Shown here: one piece after another, positions 16,480 to 27,100 of the stretch
Position numbering within the stretch: position 1 is the first letter of the stretch
Layout of the letters: each line of letters opens with the position of its first letter
NCBI GenBank assembly: GCA_035691925.1
Contig: DASSIL010000178.1
Coordinates: 31,638 to 95,637 of the forward strand
DNA from: Gemmatimonadales bacterium
GTDB lineage: Bacteria; Gemmatimonadota; Gemmatimonadetes; Gemmatimonadales; GWC2-71-9
Length of the DNA: 64,000 nucleotides
Reading direction: 5' to 3'
Notes under the pieces: model-generated
Database searches by the model: none
Seen by the model: only the letters and a program-made list of their open reading frames with translations
What the model was told of the DNA's origin: nothing
Translations under genes and position numbers: made by a program

Positions 16480-19266
16480 TCAGCGCCCGGACAGCACGGT
16501 GACGCGTGTGACCTGTTCGTTCGCGCCCTGCCGCAATCGCACGAAGTAGAGACCGGGCCCGACGCGCGCGCCGGCGGCGAGATCGATCGTGTGCGCGCCG
16601 ATCCCGAGCGAGCCGACTTCGCGCGCGGCCGCGATGCGGCCGGTCACGTCCAGCAGCTCGATCCGCGCGGGCGCGGTCACGGGAAGCGTGAAGCGCACGG
16701 CGAGCTCGCGACTGGTGACCGGGTTCGGTCGCACGCCATCGAGGGCGAACGCCAGCGGTGGCACGCCGATCGTGACCTGATCGGGCGACAGCATGGCGCA
16801 TGGGCTCTCGTTGCCGTTCCGATCCACGGCCGAGAGCTTGTACCAGCCGCCGCGCGGCGCGACGTCGGAGTACGTCGTTCCAGGCGTGGACGCGACCAAG
16901 GTCTGCGGGCCGGGCGCGAACTCGGCGCTCGGTCCGCGGTAGACCCGGTACGCCGACACGTCGGGGGCCGCGCTCGGATCCCACTGTAGATTCGTGGCGC
17001 CGACCGCATACTGCGCTGCGAATCCCGTGGGGGGAGGCGGGGTGAGGTTGTCGATCGAGTAGCCATATTCGACCGCCGAATCGATGTAGGTGAGCGGATC
17101 GGCGGTGAGCGCGCGAACGAAATAGGCGTTGTCGTAGATGCTGGTCGCGCTCGTGTAGTTGGCCGCCGTGGGCACGATCACGCTGTACTCCGACTCGCCG
17201 TGGGCCGGGAACGAGCCGACGAAGGTCCATCCCGTCACGTCGATCGCGGCCGGGTCGGCGCCCGGCGCCGGTGAACCGACCCACGCCGGCCCCGGCGTCG
17301 GATCGTTGCGGCGGTAGACGGCGTAGCTCGTGATCGTCATGCCCGTGCCCGCGGCATCCTCCGCGCTCCCGCTGATGCGCAACTGCACCCTGCTTCCCTG
17401 ATCGTTGCCGACGTCCGAGACGGCGACGATCCGCGGCTGCGGCGGCGCGAACTTCCACATGAACGCGTTCGTGACGTCCATCGCGTACAGATTCCCGGTG
17501 GCGTCGATCGCCATCCCCGCGGCCGTATAGCTTCCGAACGGGCCCGATGTCGCGAACTGGGTCACGTACGTTCCGGCACCGGTGAACACCTGGATGCGGC
17601 CGTTGCCCCCGTCGGCGACGTAGACGTAGCCCTGGGCATCCACGGTGATTCCCTGCGGACTCGAGAACTGCCCATTGGCGCTGCCGCTCGAGCCCCACTG
17701 TCCGAGATAGGTCCCGGCGCTGTTGAACTTCTGGACGTTGTTGTTGTTGGCGTCGACGACGTAGACGTTGCCGCTGCCATCCACGGCGATATCCGCCGGG
17801 AAGCCGAACTGCCCGGCGCCCAGGCCGTTCGAACCCCACTTCGTCACGAACGTGCCCGTGCTGGTGAACTTCTGCACGCGGAAATTGCTGAAATCGACCA
17901 CGTACACGTTGCCGGTCGCATCGATCGCGATCGCGCGCGGGTTGCTGAACTGACCGTTGGCGGAACCGGCGGTGCCCCATTGGGTGATGTAGGCGCCGGT
18001 GGACGTGAACTTCTGGATCCGGTTGTTGTTCGTGTCGGCGACGTACACGTTGCCCGCGGCGTCGGTGGCCACGTCGTAGGGCTGCGACAACTGCCCGGTA
18101 CCGCTCCCCGGCGTTCCGAACAGGCTCATGTATCCGCCGATGCTGTTGAACAGCTCGATCCGGTTGTTCGGCGTGTCCGCGGCGTACACCTGGCCCTGTG
18201 CGCCGATCGCGACGCCGTAGCCGAGCCCCAACTGCCCGGGCCCGGTGCCGTAGGTGCCGGTGTGCCACACCGGCTGATCGGGATGCGGGGACGCGGGCGC
18301 GACCAACGACGCTCCCGCGCCGCTGAACTTCTGCACCCGGTCCGGACCGAACCACTCGCTCACGTACGCGTTCCCGGCGGCGTCCACCGACACGCCCCAC
18401 GGGCCCGTCAACTGGCCGGGGGCGGTGCCGACCGCTCCAAATTGCGCCAGGTAGTTTCCCGACCCATCGAACTTCTGCACCCGGTTGTTGCCGTAGTCGG
18501 CGACATAGAGATTGCCGACCGCGTCGAACGCGAGCTGTCCGGGCTCGTTCATCTGGCCATTGCCCGTCCCGAGCGTCCCCCACTGGGACACGTACACGCC
18601 CGCGCTCGTGAACTTCTGGATCCGGGGGTTGTTGAACTCGTCGACGTAGACGTTGCCCGCGCGGTCGATGGCGATGCCCTCGGGCCCGTTGAACTGCCCG
18701 TTGCCCGCGCCGCTCGTCCCCCACTGCGACACGTACACGCCCGCGCTCGTGAACTTCTGCACGCGGTTGTTGTTGTAGTCGCCGACGTACACGTTGCCCG
18801 CCTGGTCGATCGCCAGGCCCTCGGCGCCGTTGAACTGCCCCGGTCCCGCGCCGCCGGTGCCCCACTGCGCCAGGTACACGCCCGCGCTCGTGAACTTCTG
18901 CACGCGGTTGTTGAAGTAATCGGAGACGTAGACGTTGCCCTGGCGGTCCAGGGCCAGGAAATCGGGATAGCTGAACTGTCCGTTGCCGCTTCCCCCCGAT
19001 CCCCACTGCAGCAGCAGATTCCCGAACGGATCGAACTTCTGGATCCGCTGATTCTGGCTGTCGGCGACGTACACGTCGCCATGCGCGTCCACGACCACGC
19101 CGTAGGCGCCCCTGAACTGGCCGGGCCCCGTACCGTCGCCGCCCCATCCCAGCTCGTAGGTCGGCGCCACCGGCGCGGTGGCGGCGTGCGCGGCGACCGT
19201 CACGAACGGCGCGCACGCGATCGCGACGGCCAACAGCGAAGCGATGAAAGACGAACGGGCGCACAT
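16480..19266 (-). CDS. Exported double six-bladed NHL-repeat protein with Ig-like/FN3-like/FlgD-like C-terminal cassette
   Basis: Start re-set to MCARSSFIASLLAVAIACA (19266), with AAGGAG 8 nt upstream. It carries 12 NHL units (G.GxGQFxxPxGxAxDxxGNVYVxDxxNNRVQKFTSxG). The C-terminus reads ..RPNPVTSRELAVRFTLP..LLDVTGR..GLYFVRL..VTVLSGR. Confidence 0.9.
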   Translation of the reverse strand: MCARSSFIASLLAVAIACAPFVTVAAHAATAPVAPTYELGWGGDGTGPGQFRGAYGVVVDAHGDVYVADSQNQRIQKFDPFGNLLLQWGSGGSGNGQFSYPDFLALDRQGNVYVSDYFNNRVQKFTSAGVYLAQWGTGGAGPGQFNGAEGLAIDQAGNVYVGDYNNNRVQKFTSAGVYVSQWGTSGAGNGQFNGPEGIAIDRAGNVYVDEFNNPRIQKFTSAGVYVSQWGTLGTGNGQMNEPGQLAFDAVGNLYVADYGNNRVQKFDGSGNYLAQFGAVGTAPGQLTGPWGVSVDAAGNAYVSEWFGPDRVQKFSGAGASLVAPASPHPDQPVWHTGTYGTGPGQLGLGYGVAIGAQGQVYAADTPNNRIELFNSIGGYMSLFGTPGSGTGQLSQPYDVATDAAGNVYVADTNNNRIQKFTSTGAYITQWGTAGSANGQFSNPRAIAIDATGNVYVVDFSNFRVQKFTSTGTFVTKWGSNGLGAGQFGFPADIAVDGSGNVYVVDANNNNVQKFNSAGTYLGQWGSSGSANGQFSSPQGITVDAQGYVYVADGGNGRIQVFTGAGTYVTQFATSGPFGSYTAAGMAIDATGNLYAMDVTNAFMWKFAPPQPRIVAVSDVGNDQGSRVQLRISGSAEDAAGTGMTITSYAVYRRNDPTPGPAWVGSPAPGADPAAIDVTGWTFVGSFPAHGESEYSVIVPTAANYTSATSIYDNAYFVRALTADPLTYIDSAVEYGYSIDNLTPPPPTGFAAQYAVGATNLQWDPSAAPDVSAYRVYRGPSAEFAPGPQTLVASTPGTTYSDVAPRGGWYKLSAVDRNGNESPCAMLSPDQVTIGVPPLAFALDGVRPNPVTSRELAVRFTLPVTAPARIELLDVTGRIAAAREVGSLGIGAHTIDLAAGARVGPGLYFVRLRQGANEQVTRVTVLSGR
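17446..19131 (-). repeat. 12 tandem NHL repeats (two 6-blade sets); approximate bounds
   Basis: A periodic ~47-aa unit is seen in the translation of CDS 16480..19266. Confidence 0.8.
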
Positions 19267-19352
19267 GAGGCGGGCTCCTTGATTTCCGCGAACACCGCGG
19301 GGGCGCGAAGGCGAGGCCGACGACGTGACGGGCGCGTAAGCGGGGCGCCGAA

Positions 19353-22109
19353 TCATCGCAGCACCGTCACGCGCGCCATGCGCTCATGGGCGCTCTGCGT
19401 CAGTCGCACGAAATAGAGTCCGGGGCGCACCGGCGAGCGTTCCGCCAGGTTCACCTCGTGCGGTCCGGCTCCGAGACCACCCACGTCGCGAACGGCCACG
19501 CGCCGGCCCGATATGTCCAGCAGCTCGAGCGAGGCGGGACCGCGGATCGGCAGCACGAACCGCACTGTCAGATCGCGGGCCGTGGCGGGGTTCGGGCGCG
19601 CGCCTTCGAGCGCCAGCGCGAACACCGCCTCGCCGGGCACGGCGCTCGTCTGCGCGGGACCGAGCACGGCGTACGGGCTCTCGTTGCCGTTGAAGTCGAC
19701 GGCCGAGAGCTTGTACCAGTTGGCCACGGCCACATCCACGTAGCCCGTGTCGGTGGTCGTGGCGATCAGGTTGCCGGAACCGGGCGTGAAGCTCGCGCTC
19801 GACCCGCGATACAGCTTGAACGTGGCGAAATCGGACGCCGCGCTCGAGCCCCAGTGCAGATGCGTGGCCGGGGCCACGAACGCCGCCGTGAATGGATTCG
19901 GCGTCCCCGGCGGAATGTTGTCGATCGAGTAGCCGTTCTCGGCGGGTGAATCGAAGTACGTGAGCGGATTGGACGTCACCGCGCGCACCAGGAACGCGGA
20001 GTAGTACGCGTTCGAGGCGCTCGCGTTCTCGAGCGTCGGCGCGACCGCGGTGTACTCCGCCTCGCCATTGGCCGGGAACGAGCCGACGTAGGTCCAGCCC
20101 GCGAGCTCGATGCGCTCCGGTCCAGCCGATGGACTGGACGACGCCGAAGGCCGCGATTCGGCCGCGAGCAGGTCGTTGCGCCGATAGATCTCGTAGCCCG
20201 TGATGGTGACCGCGCTGCCCGCGGCGTCGTACGGGCTCGGGAGCACGCGCAGCGACGCGAGCCCGCCCTGGTCGCTGCCGGCGTCGGACACCAGGGCGAC
20301 GGTCGGCCCCGGGGGCGCCATGCGATCGATGGTATAGGCCGTGCCGTCGGTCACCAGGATGTTTCCGAACAGGTCGGAGGCCACCTGGAACGCGTTCGTC
20401 ACGCTCCACTCGGTGACGTAGACGCCGGCGCCCGTGAACTTCTGCAGCCGCTGGTTCAGATCGGACACGTAGACGAATCCCGCCGGGTCGACGCACATGC
20501 CTTCGATCGGACCGAAGTTCCCGGCGCCGCCTCCGGGCTGCCCCCACTGCGTGAGGTAGGTGCCCGCGCTGGAGTACTTCTCGATCCGCTGCAGGTAATC
20601 CGCGACGAACACGTTGCCCGCGGCGTCGACCGCCACCGCGACCGGCCCCTGCAACTGCCCGGGATTGACGCCCGCGCTGCCGAACTGCGCGAGCCAGGCG
20701 CCGGACGGATCGAACTTCTGCACGCGCTTGTTGTCGTAGTCCGCCACGTACACGTTGCCGGCTGCATCCGTGGCGATGGCGTCCGGATGACCGAACTGGC
20801 CGTTGGCGATTCCGGTGTTGCCCCACGTCAGCAGGTACGTCCCCGAGCGGCTGAACTTCTGCACGCGATTGAGGTTCTTGTCCACGACGTAGACGTTGCC
20901 GGCCGCGTCGGTCGCGGCCCCGACCGGATTCGAGAACTGCCCGGGCCCCGAGCCGCTGCTGCCCCACGAACCCAGATAGTTGCCAACGCTGTTGAACCAC
21001 TGCACGCGCTCGTTGGCGGGATCCACCCCGTACACTTCGCCGAAGGGATTCGCGGCCACGCCCACCGGGAAGGTGAACTGGCCGGCGCCGGAGCCAAATC
21101 CTCCCATGGTCGCGACCTTCACGTACGGCACGGCCGGCGAGGGCGGCGCCAGCGCGACGCCGGCGCCGCTGAACCTCTGGATCCGGTTGTTGTTCATGTC
21201 CGGCACGTAGCCGTTGCCGGCGGCGTCCACGGCGATGTCGATCGGCCGGTTGAACTGGCCGTTGCCGCCGCCCGGCACGCCCCACTGCGTCAGGTAGGTG
21301 CCATCGTTGGCGAACTTCTGCACGCGGTTGTTGTTGTATTCGGTCACGTACACGTTGCCGAGCGCATCGCTCGAGATGCCGTTGGGGTTGCTCAACTGAC
21401 CGTTGCCGGAACCGGTCGAGCCCCACTGGCTCACGTACGTGCCGGTGTTGGTGAACTTCTGAATGCGGTTGTTCTGGTCGTCAACGAACACGTTCCCGAA
21501 CGGGTCGGCGGTGACGCCCGAGGGATTCTGGAACTGGCCGGGGCCGCTGCCGGTCGAGCCCCACTTGGTCACGTACACGCCGGCGCCCGTGAACTTCTGC
21601 ACGCGATTGCCGTTCCACTCGGTCACGTAGACGTTGCCCGCGGCATCCGTGGCGATGGCGTAGGGATTGTTGAACTGCCCGTTGCCCGAGCCGGCGGTTC
21701 CCCACTGCAGCACGAACGTCCCCGCGCTCGTGAACTTCTCGACGCGGTTGTTGCCGGAATCCGTCACGTAGACGTTGCCGGTCGCGTCGGTGGCGATGAA
21801 CGAGGGCGCGTTGAATTGGCCGGTGCCGCTGCCGGTCGAGCCCCACTGCGCCAGGAAGGTGCCGTGGAAGTCGAATTTCTGAACCCGATTCCCGCCACGC
21901 TCGATCACGTACAGGTTGCCTTGCGGATCGACCGCGGCCCCGAACGGAAGATTGAACTGGCCCGGACCGGAGCCGCCGCTGCCCCATGTGTAGGTGAACA
22001 CCGGGGTGGTGGACGCCAGGCTGGCGCCGGCCCGAGGCACGATGCCGGTCATCGACAGCGCGGAGAGAAGCAGCGGCAAGGATGCGGAACAACGCAACGT
22101 CAGCGGCAT
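19353..22109 (-). CDS. Exported double NHL-repeat protein, tandem paralogue of 16480..19266
   Basis: Start re-set to MPLTLRCSASLPLLLSALS (22109), with AGGAG upstream. It has the same architecture (12 NHL units plus a 320-aa C-terminal cassette ending GLYFVRLTQSAHERMARVTVLR). Confidence 0.9.
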   Translation of the reverse strand: MPLTLRCSASLPLLLSALSMTGIVPRAGASLASTTPVFTYTWGSGGSGPGQFNLPFGAAVDPQGNLYVIERGGNRVQKFDFHGTFLAQWGSTGSGTGQFNAPSFIATDATGNVYVTDSGNNRVEKFTSAGTFVLQWGTAGSGNGQFNNPYAIATDAAGNVYVTEWNGNRVQKFTGAGVYVTKWGSTGSGPGQFQNPSGVTADPFGNVFVDDQNNRIQKFTNTGTYVSQWGSTGSGNGQLSNPNGISSDALGNVYVTEYNNNRVQKFANDGTYLTQWGVPGGGNGQFNRPIDIAVDAAGNGYVPDMNNNRIQRFSGAGVALAPPSPAVPYVKVATMGGFGSGAGQFTFPVGVAANPFGEVYGVDPANERVQWFNSVGNYLGSWGSSGSGPGQFSNPVGAATDAAGNVYVVDKNLNRVQKFSRSGTYLLTWGNTGIANGQFGHPDAIATDAAGNVYVADYDNKRVQKFDPSGAWLAQFGSAGVNPGQLQGPVAVAVDAAGNVFVADYLQRIEKYSSAGTYLTQWGQPGGGAGNFGPIEGMCVDPAGFVYVSDLNQRLQKFTGAGVYVTEWSVTNAFQVASDLFGNILVTDGTAYTIDRMAPPGPTVALVSDAGSDQGGLASLRVLPSPYDAAGSAVTITGYEIYRRNDLLAAESRPSASSSPSAGPERIELAGWTYVGSFPANGEAEYTAVAPTLENASASNAYYSAFLVRAVTSNPLTYFDSPAENGYSIDNIPPGTPNPFTAAFVAPATHLHWGSSAASDFATFKLYRGSSASFTPGSGNLIATTTDTGYVDVAVANWYKLSAVDFNGNESPYAVLGPAQTSAVPGEAVFALALEGARPNPATARDLTVRFVLPIRGPASLELLDISGRRVAVRDVGGLGAGPHEVNLAERSPVRPGLYFVRLTQSAHERMARVTVLR
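20316..21970 (-). repeat. 12 tandem NHL repeats; approximate bounds
   Basis: A periodic ~47-aa unit (GSGxGQFxxPxxxAxDAAGNVYVxDxxNNRVQKF) is seen in the translation of CDS 19353..22109. Confidence 0.8.
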
Positions 22110-22271
22110 CGGTGTGGCTCCTACGCTGTTGTTCGAGGGGTGCGGCCGCGGCGAGAGCATGAGGAATGTCCGCCGGGCGGGTTCACGGCCGGGCAATGGT
22201 GCACCATCGGAAGGCGCCTGCGTTACAGCTTTCTTCGTCCGCCAACGCTGAACGTACGTGGATACTTGCAC

Positions 22272-22296
22272 CCGTGTTCAGTCCGGCTGAACAGGG
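22272..22296 (-). terminator. Candidate hairpin downstream of the methyltransferase operon
   Basis: CCGTGTTCAG-tccgg-CTGAACAGGG forms 7 perfect bp, one mismatch and 2 more bp. It lies about 80 nt after the stop at 22378 and has no U-tract. Confidence 0.3.
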
Positions 22297-22377
22297 CAGG
22301 CGAATTCCCCGTGATTCCAGCCGCGAACCGGCGGGACGGGTACGGTGTCGCGTGTGACCTGCGCGCTCGCGCCCGGT

Positions 22378-23250
22378 CTAGCCCGCCGCCCAGCCCAGCG
22401 CCTGAACGTAGACCACGAATGCGAACAGGTCGTTGCGTTCCGCGAGCGCGCCCGCCTCGCGGTGCAGCGCATCGAGCTCGGATGGGGTGGCCCAGCCCTG
22501 CTCGAGGATCGTTTCGCGGAACACGCGCTCGCGCAGCTGATTCTGCATCACGAATGGAAGCAGCTGCGAGCCCGCCTCGGAGCCGGCCGGCGTCTCGGTC
22601 CCCGCCTCCGCCACCGTGCGCTCGAATCCGGCCTCGAGCAGATACGCGCGCAGATCCGCAGCATAGGCCACGCTGGCGCCGATGCGGGCGCGCACCTTCG
22701 CCGTCAGCTCCTCGAAGCGGACGATGGTGGGGATGCGCGGCCGCAGGGTGAACGCCGGATAGTACGGATCCTTGACGGCCGCGATCCCGCCCGGTTTCAA
22801 CACGCGCCGCATCTCGCGCAACGCACGCAGCGGGTCGCTCACGTGCTCGATCACGAAGTGCGCGACCGCCACGTCGAAGCTCGCGTCGGCGAACGGCAAC
22901 TCGTAGATCGACGCGCTCTCGAAGCGAAGGTTGGGGACGCCACGTTCGGCGGCCAGCTGTCGGGCGCTGTCGAGCTGACGCGGCTCGACGTCCACGCCCA
23001 CCACGTCTCCCGGGGCGACCGCCTCGGCCAGTCCGATCGTGATCGAGCCGGGCCCGCAGCCACAGTCGAGGATCGTCATGCCGGGTCGCAGGTGCGGCAT
23101 CAGGAACGCCAGCTCACGCGCGGCCGTACGCTTGGACATCCACTCCTTCGTCCACTCCTCGTAACCGTGCAGGTAGCGCTCGGATGGTCTTCTCGTGGCC
23201 GCCAGATGGAGCCTCCGTTCGATGGGTGACGTGGACGACGATCCAGACAT
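22378..23250 (-). CDS. Class I SAM-dependent methyltransferase
   Basis: Motif I reads ILDCGCGPGSITIGLA, followed by VVGVDVEP, FDVAVAHFVIEHV and LKPGG. Its ATG shares one base with the upstream gene's stop (TGATG at 23250). Confidence 0.85.
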   Translation of the reverse strand: MSGSSSTSPIERRLHLAATRRPSERYLHGYEEWTKEWMSKRTAARELAFLMPHLRPGMTILDCGCGPGSITIGLAEAVAPGDVVGVDVEPRQLDSARQLAAERGVPNLRFESASIYELPFADASFDVAVAHFVIEHVSDPLRALREMRRVLKPGGIAAVKDPYYPAFTLRPRIPTIVRFEELTAKVRARIGASVAYAADLRAYLLEAGFERTVAEAGTETPAGSEAGSQLLPFVMQNQLRERVFRETILEQGWATPSELDALHREAGALAERNDLFAFVVYVQALGWAAG

Positions 23251-23564
23251 CAGGCGAGATCGCGCAACGTCACGATCACCCTGCGTTGTGTCCCGTGCGA
23301 CTGCAGGAGCAGCGGCACGCGGTCGCCGACCGGCCTGCGGCGCATCTTCTCGCGCACTTCGGGCAGGTCGATCAAGTGCGCGAGGCCGAGGAACGCGACG
23401 GCCAGGAACAGCAGCGATGGAGAGCCCAGGACCCGGCCAGAGCCGAACGTCACGCCGGCCGCCGCCAGGTACATGCAGGCCACCATGACCCCGATCGGCG
23501 CCATCCAGGCCGGGAGTCCCGCGGTGTAGGCCAGCCCACGAATGGCGACGAACACGCGGCTCAT
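23250..23564 (-). CDS. Small membrane protein, unknown function
   Basis: 104-aa ORF with 3 hydrophobic segments. It is translationally coupled to the methyltransferase and lies 15 nt after the upstream 94-aa gene. Confidence 0.55.
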   Translation of the reverse strand: MSRVFVAIRGLAYTAGLPAWMAPIGVMVACMYLAAAGVTFGSGRVLGSPSLLFLAVAFLGLAHLIDLPEVREKMRRRPVGDRVPLLLQSHGTQRRVIVTLRDLA

Positions 23565-23579
23565 GGCAGGCGGCGCGAG

Positions 23580-23864
23580 CTAGACGACCCTGTCTTCGAC
23601 ACGCTCGGCGATGCGGGCGCGCGGGCCCTGCATCACGCTCCTGCCGGGACCAGCCCAGATCGATTCCATCCTGCGCACGAACGCCTCGGCCTGCCCCGAC
23701 GTGGCGAACTCCAGGTCCACCATCACGAAGCGCGGGTCGTCCGCCGAACGGAGGATCTGATAGCGGAGCACGCCGGACCCCTTGCGATCGGCGGGGTCGC
23801 GGTCGAAGGCCTGCTTCCAGCGCTCAAAATCGGGTACCGCGTGCTCGATTCGCACGATCGTCAC
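23580..23864 (-). CDS. Small cytoplasmic protein, unknown function (dimeric alpha/beta-barrel-like by size and pattern)
   Basis: 94-aa ORF MTIVRIEHAVPDFERWKQAFDRDPADRKG... with non-repetitive, balanced composition. It is the first gene of a 3-gene same-strand cluster. Confidence 0.6.
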   Translation of the reverse strand: MTIVRIEHAVPDFERWKQAFDRDPADRKGSGVLRYQILRSADDPRFVMVDLEFATSGQAEAFVRRMESIWAGPGRSVMQGPRARIAERVEDRVV

Positions 23865-24166
23865 GAATGCCTCTCATCGACCCCTGGGCTCAAGCTTTGG
23901 GGCTCACCGCGGGCCGGGCGCGCCCGCCTGCCACCGAAAGCGTACAGTGTACATGCGCAGGCCCGTTGGAACGCTCCCCGCCCGTCATCCCCGCGGTCCG
24001 CGCTCGACCGCCGATTCGCCACGCTCGTCGTCTGCCCGCGACGCGTCTGGTGCCCATCCACCGCGTGCGCGGCCCGAATCTTCTAATCTCCCCCCGCAGC
24101 CCCCGCGCGCGCGGCGCGTGCACCGCGGCGCTTCGCCAGCTCCATCCGCAGTCGCAGGAGATCATC

Positions 24167-27100
24167 GTGAATCGATCCCGCCCGCTCGCCTCGTGGTTCG
24201 GACTCGTGGCCGTGCTGTGCCTGTTCACCATTCCCGCCGACTCCGGGCTGACGGCCGATCGCGCGCTGTGGCTGCGCTACCCGGCGATCTCGCCCGACGG
24301 CAAGACCATCGCGTTCGAATACCGCGGCAATCTCTGGAAGGTGTCGTCGGAGGGCGGCGTCGCGACGCCGCTCACCGTCGGGGAGTCCTACAACTCGATG
24401 CCGGTGTGGTCGCCGGACGGCGGCAAGATCGCGTTCGCGTCCGATCGCAACGGCAACCTCGACGTGTACGTGATGCCCTCCGGGGGCGGGCGCGCGACGC
24501 GGCTCACGTATCATTCGGCCGACGAGATCCCCACCAGCTTCACGCCCAACGGCAAGTCGGTGCTGTTCTCGGCGTCGATCATGCACTCGGCCACCAGCGC
24601 GGGGTTCCCCACCGCGGCGCGCCCGGAGCTGTACCGCGTGGATCTCGACGGCCACATGCCCGTGCAGGTGCTGACCACGACGGCGCTGTACGCGGTCTAC
24701 GACCACGACATGAAGCGCCTGCTCTACTCGGATCAGCGGGGCTACGAGATGGAGTGGCGCAAGCACGACCATTCGTCGTTCGCCCGCGACGTGTGGATCG
24801 AGGACGTTGCCACCAGCAAGTTCACGCGCCTCACCGGGTACGGCTACGACGACCGCCAGCCGGTGTGGGGTGCGGACGAACACTCGATCTTCTATCTGTC
24901 GGAGAAGAGCGGATCGTTCAACGTCTGGACGATGAAGCTCTCCGATCCGGAGCATCCGACGCAGCTGACGGCGCACACCGGCGGCCCGGTGCGGTTCCTG
25001 TCCGCCTCGCGCGCGGGCGACCTGTGCTACGCCTACGATGGCGAGCTGTGGGTGCGGCCGGCCGGCGCGAGCGACAGCCGGCGCCTGGCGGTGAGCACCG
25101 AGGCCGACGATGCGGGCCGCGCGGTCAAGCCCACCGACGTGTCATCGCAGATCACCGAGTTCGACGTCTCGCCGGACGGCAGCGAGGTCGCCTTCATCGC
25201 GCGCGGCGAGGTGTTCGTGGCCTCGACCGAGCACGGCGACACGCGTCGCATCACGAACACGCCCGAGCAGGAGCGCTCGGTGAGCTTCTCGCCCGACGGC
25301 CGGACGCTGCTGTACGCCGCCGAACGCGGGCAGAGCTGGAAGATCTTCCGCACCGATCTCACCGACAAGAACGAACCGAATTTCTTCAACGCCACGGGCT
25401 TCAAGGAGACGCCGGTGGTCGAGGGGTCGGCCGAGGAGTTCCAGCCGAGCTTCTCGCCGGATGGTCGCGAGATCGCCTATCTCGAGGAGCGCACCACGCT
25501 CAAGGTCCTCGATCTCGCCACCGGCAAGTCGCGCGTGGTGCTGCCCGGCAAGATGAATTACTCGTACGAGGACGGCGATCAGGCCTACGCGTGGTCCCCG
25601 GACGGGCGTTGGCTGGCGGTGCAGTTCCTGAGCCCGGGCCGCTGGTCGAACGAGGTCGGCGTGGTTTCGGCTGCGGGGGATCAGAAGGTCATCAACATCA
25701 CCCAGAGCGGTTACGAGGACGAGGACCCGCGCTGGTCGCGCAAGGGCGAGGTGCTCTACTGGCGCACCGACCGCCAGGGCCTGCGCACGCAGTCGGGCAA
25801 CGGCCGCGAATCCGACGTCTATGCCGCCTACCTCACGCACGGGGCGTGGGACCGCTATCAGCTCGACCCGGCGTCCTACGACCAGCTGATCGCGAAAGAG
25901 AAGGAGAGCGAGAAGGATCAGAGCGGATCGAAGGACGCAGCCAGGGACAAGTCCGCGAGGCCCGCGCAGCAGGGGCCGAAGCCGGCCGAAGCGGTCACGA
26001 TGGACTTCGACCACGTCGAGGATCGCGTGGCGCGCCTGTCGTTCAGCTCATCCGATCTCGGCGATGCGGCGTTGTCGGGGGACGGCGAGGACCTCTATTT
26101 CATGGCGCGCTACGACAAGGGCTACGACCTGTGGAAGTACGTGCCGCGCAAGAAGGAGATCAAGCAGGTCGCGGCGTTCGGCGCGCAGCACAGCGAGCTC
26201 AAACTCGGCGCCAAGGGCAAGAAGGCGTTCGTGCTCCACGACGGCAAGCTGGCGGTCGTGGACCTCGACTCCGGCAAGATGAGCCCCGTGGGCCTGTCCG
26301 CGAGGATGGACCTCGATCCGGCCCAGGAGCGCGCCTACATGTTCGAGCACATCTGGCGCCAGACGCTGGAGAAGTTCCTCGACACGAAGATGCACGGCGT
26401 GGACTGGCAGGCGATGAAGACCGAATACGGGCGGTTCCTTCCCTACATCGACAACGACCGTGACTTCGCCGAGCTGTGCTCGGAGATGCAGGGCGAGCTC
26501 AATGCCTCGCACACGGGCTGCCGCTATCGGCCCACGCGCACCGACGGCGACGAGACCGCCGCGCTCGGCTTCTTCCCCGACCCGCGCCACACCGGGCCCG
26601 GCATCGGCGTGCTCGATGTGCTCGAGGGCGGACCGCTGCAGAAATCCGGGACGAAGATCAGGGCCGGCGTCGTGATCACCGCCATGGACGGCGCTCCGAT
26701 CGCCGCGGGCGACAACTGGTACCGGCTGCTCAATCGCAAGGCTGGCACACCCGTGCGCCTGTCACTGTTCGATCCGCACGGGAGTGCGCGCTGGGACGAG
26801 ACCGTCAAGCCGATCACGTGGGCCGAGCAGTCGCTGCTCCTCTACAAGCGCTGGGCGCGCGCCAATTACGACCAGGTCGTGAAGCTTTCGGGCGGGCGGC
26901 TCGGCTACGCCCACATCCGCGGCATGAGCGACGGCCCGTATCGCGAGGTGTTCCAGGACATCTTCGGCCGCGACACCGGAAAGGATGCCATCGTGCTCGA
27001 CACGCGCTTCAACGGCGGCGGCAACCTGGACGAGGCGCTCACCACCTTCCTGAGCGGGCGCGTGTTCATGCGCAGCGTCCCGCGCGGCCAGTATCTGGGC

